Origin: a virus
Lineage: Duplodnaviria; Caudoviricetes
DNA length: 24,314 bases
Direction: 5' to 3' (one strand)
Virus record (IMG/VR): IMGVR_UViG_3300025646_005140
Location: 1-24,314 of that record
Below are positions 24,180 to 24,314 of this stretch, in pieces. A model generated the notes under the pieces. That model was not told the origin of the DNA. It did not search any database and saw only the letters and a list, made by a program, of their open reading frames with translations. The first letter of the stretch is position 1. Every line of letters begins with the position of its first letter. A program made the position numbers and the translations under genes.

Positions 24180-24314
24180 TCACTCAACCTGAGATTCGAT
24201 ACTAATACAGATTTTTTCATACCAGTCTTGAAACTCTTTACCTTTGCCCTCAGATTTACAGATCCATTCCATAGTCTCGTTTTCTGTTTTCATTTCTTTG
24301 TAAGACTCCATTTC
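24180..24314 (-). CDS. Partial hypothetical protein (runs off the window)
   Basis: Open frame EMESYKEMKTENETMEWICK...ESQVE*. Confidence 0.5.
   Translation of the reverse strand, partial: EMESYKEMKTENETMEWICKSEGKGKEFQDWYEKICISIESQVE

Overview
AT-rich fragment of a head-tail (Caudoviricetes-like) archaeal virus. The host is most likely a marine or aquatic thaumarchaeote (Nitrososphaeria). This is an inference from the archaeal-type MCM and RadA, an RNase HI ending in the WIxRxxNxAG variant, RHH regulators, TATA boxes about 27-31 nt before leaderless start codons, and oligo-T terminators. Layout: 1-7691 tail/adhesin and structural genes (a LamG/DUF2341-like mosaic, three copies of a tail beta-sandwich domain, a 14-aa repeat protein, a BppU-like protein). 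7728-9560 is a translationally coupled operon of a Cas4-like nuclease, a CxCxCH microprotein, a hypothetical and a degenerate TGT/DpdA-like protein. It is followed by a promoter-led, GC-rich multi-hairpin ncRNA candidate (about 9591-9690). 9723-12651 holds the terminase subunits and an acidic protein. 12677-16655 holds small genes, RNase HI and a metallophosphoesterase. 16506-17350 has a divergent RHH switch and a palindrome cluster, followed by MCM, RadA and two nucleases. 21450-24314 is a minus-strand run of Zn-finger, DUF1599-like and SWIM genes. About a dozen coupled microproteins under 50 aa were missed by the ORF track. Best novelty candidate: the Cas4-like + TGT-like + structured RNA unit next to the terminase. 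All family calls come from motif recognition by eye; no searches were run.
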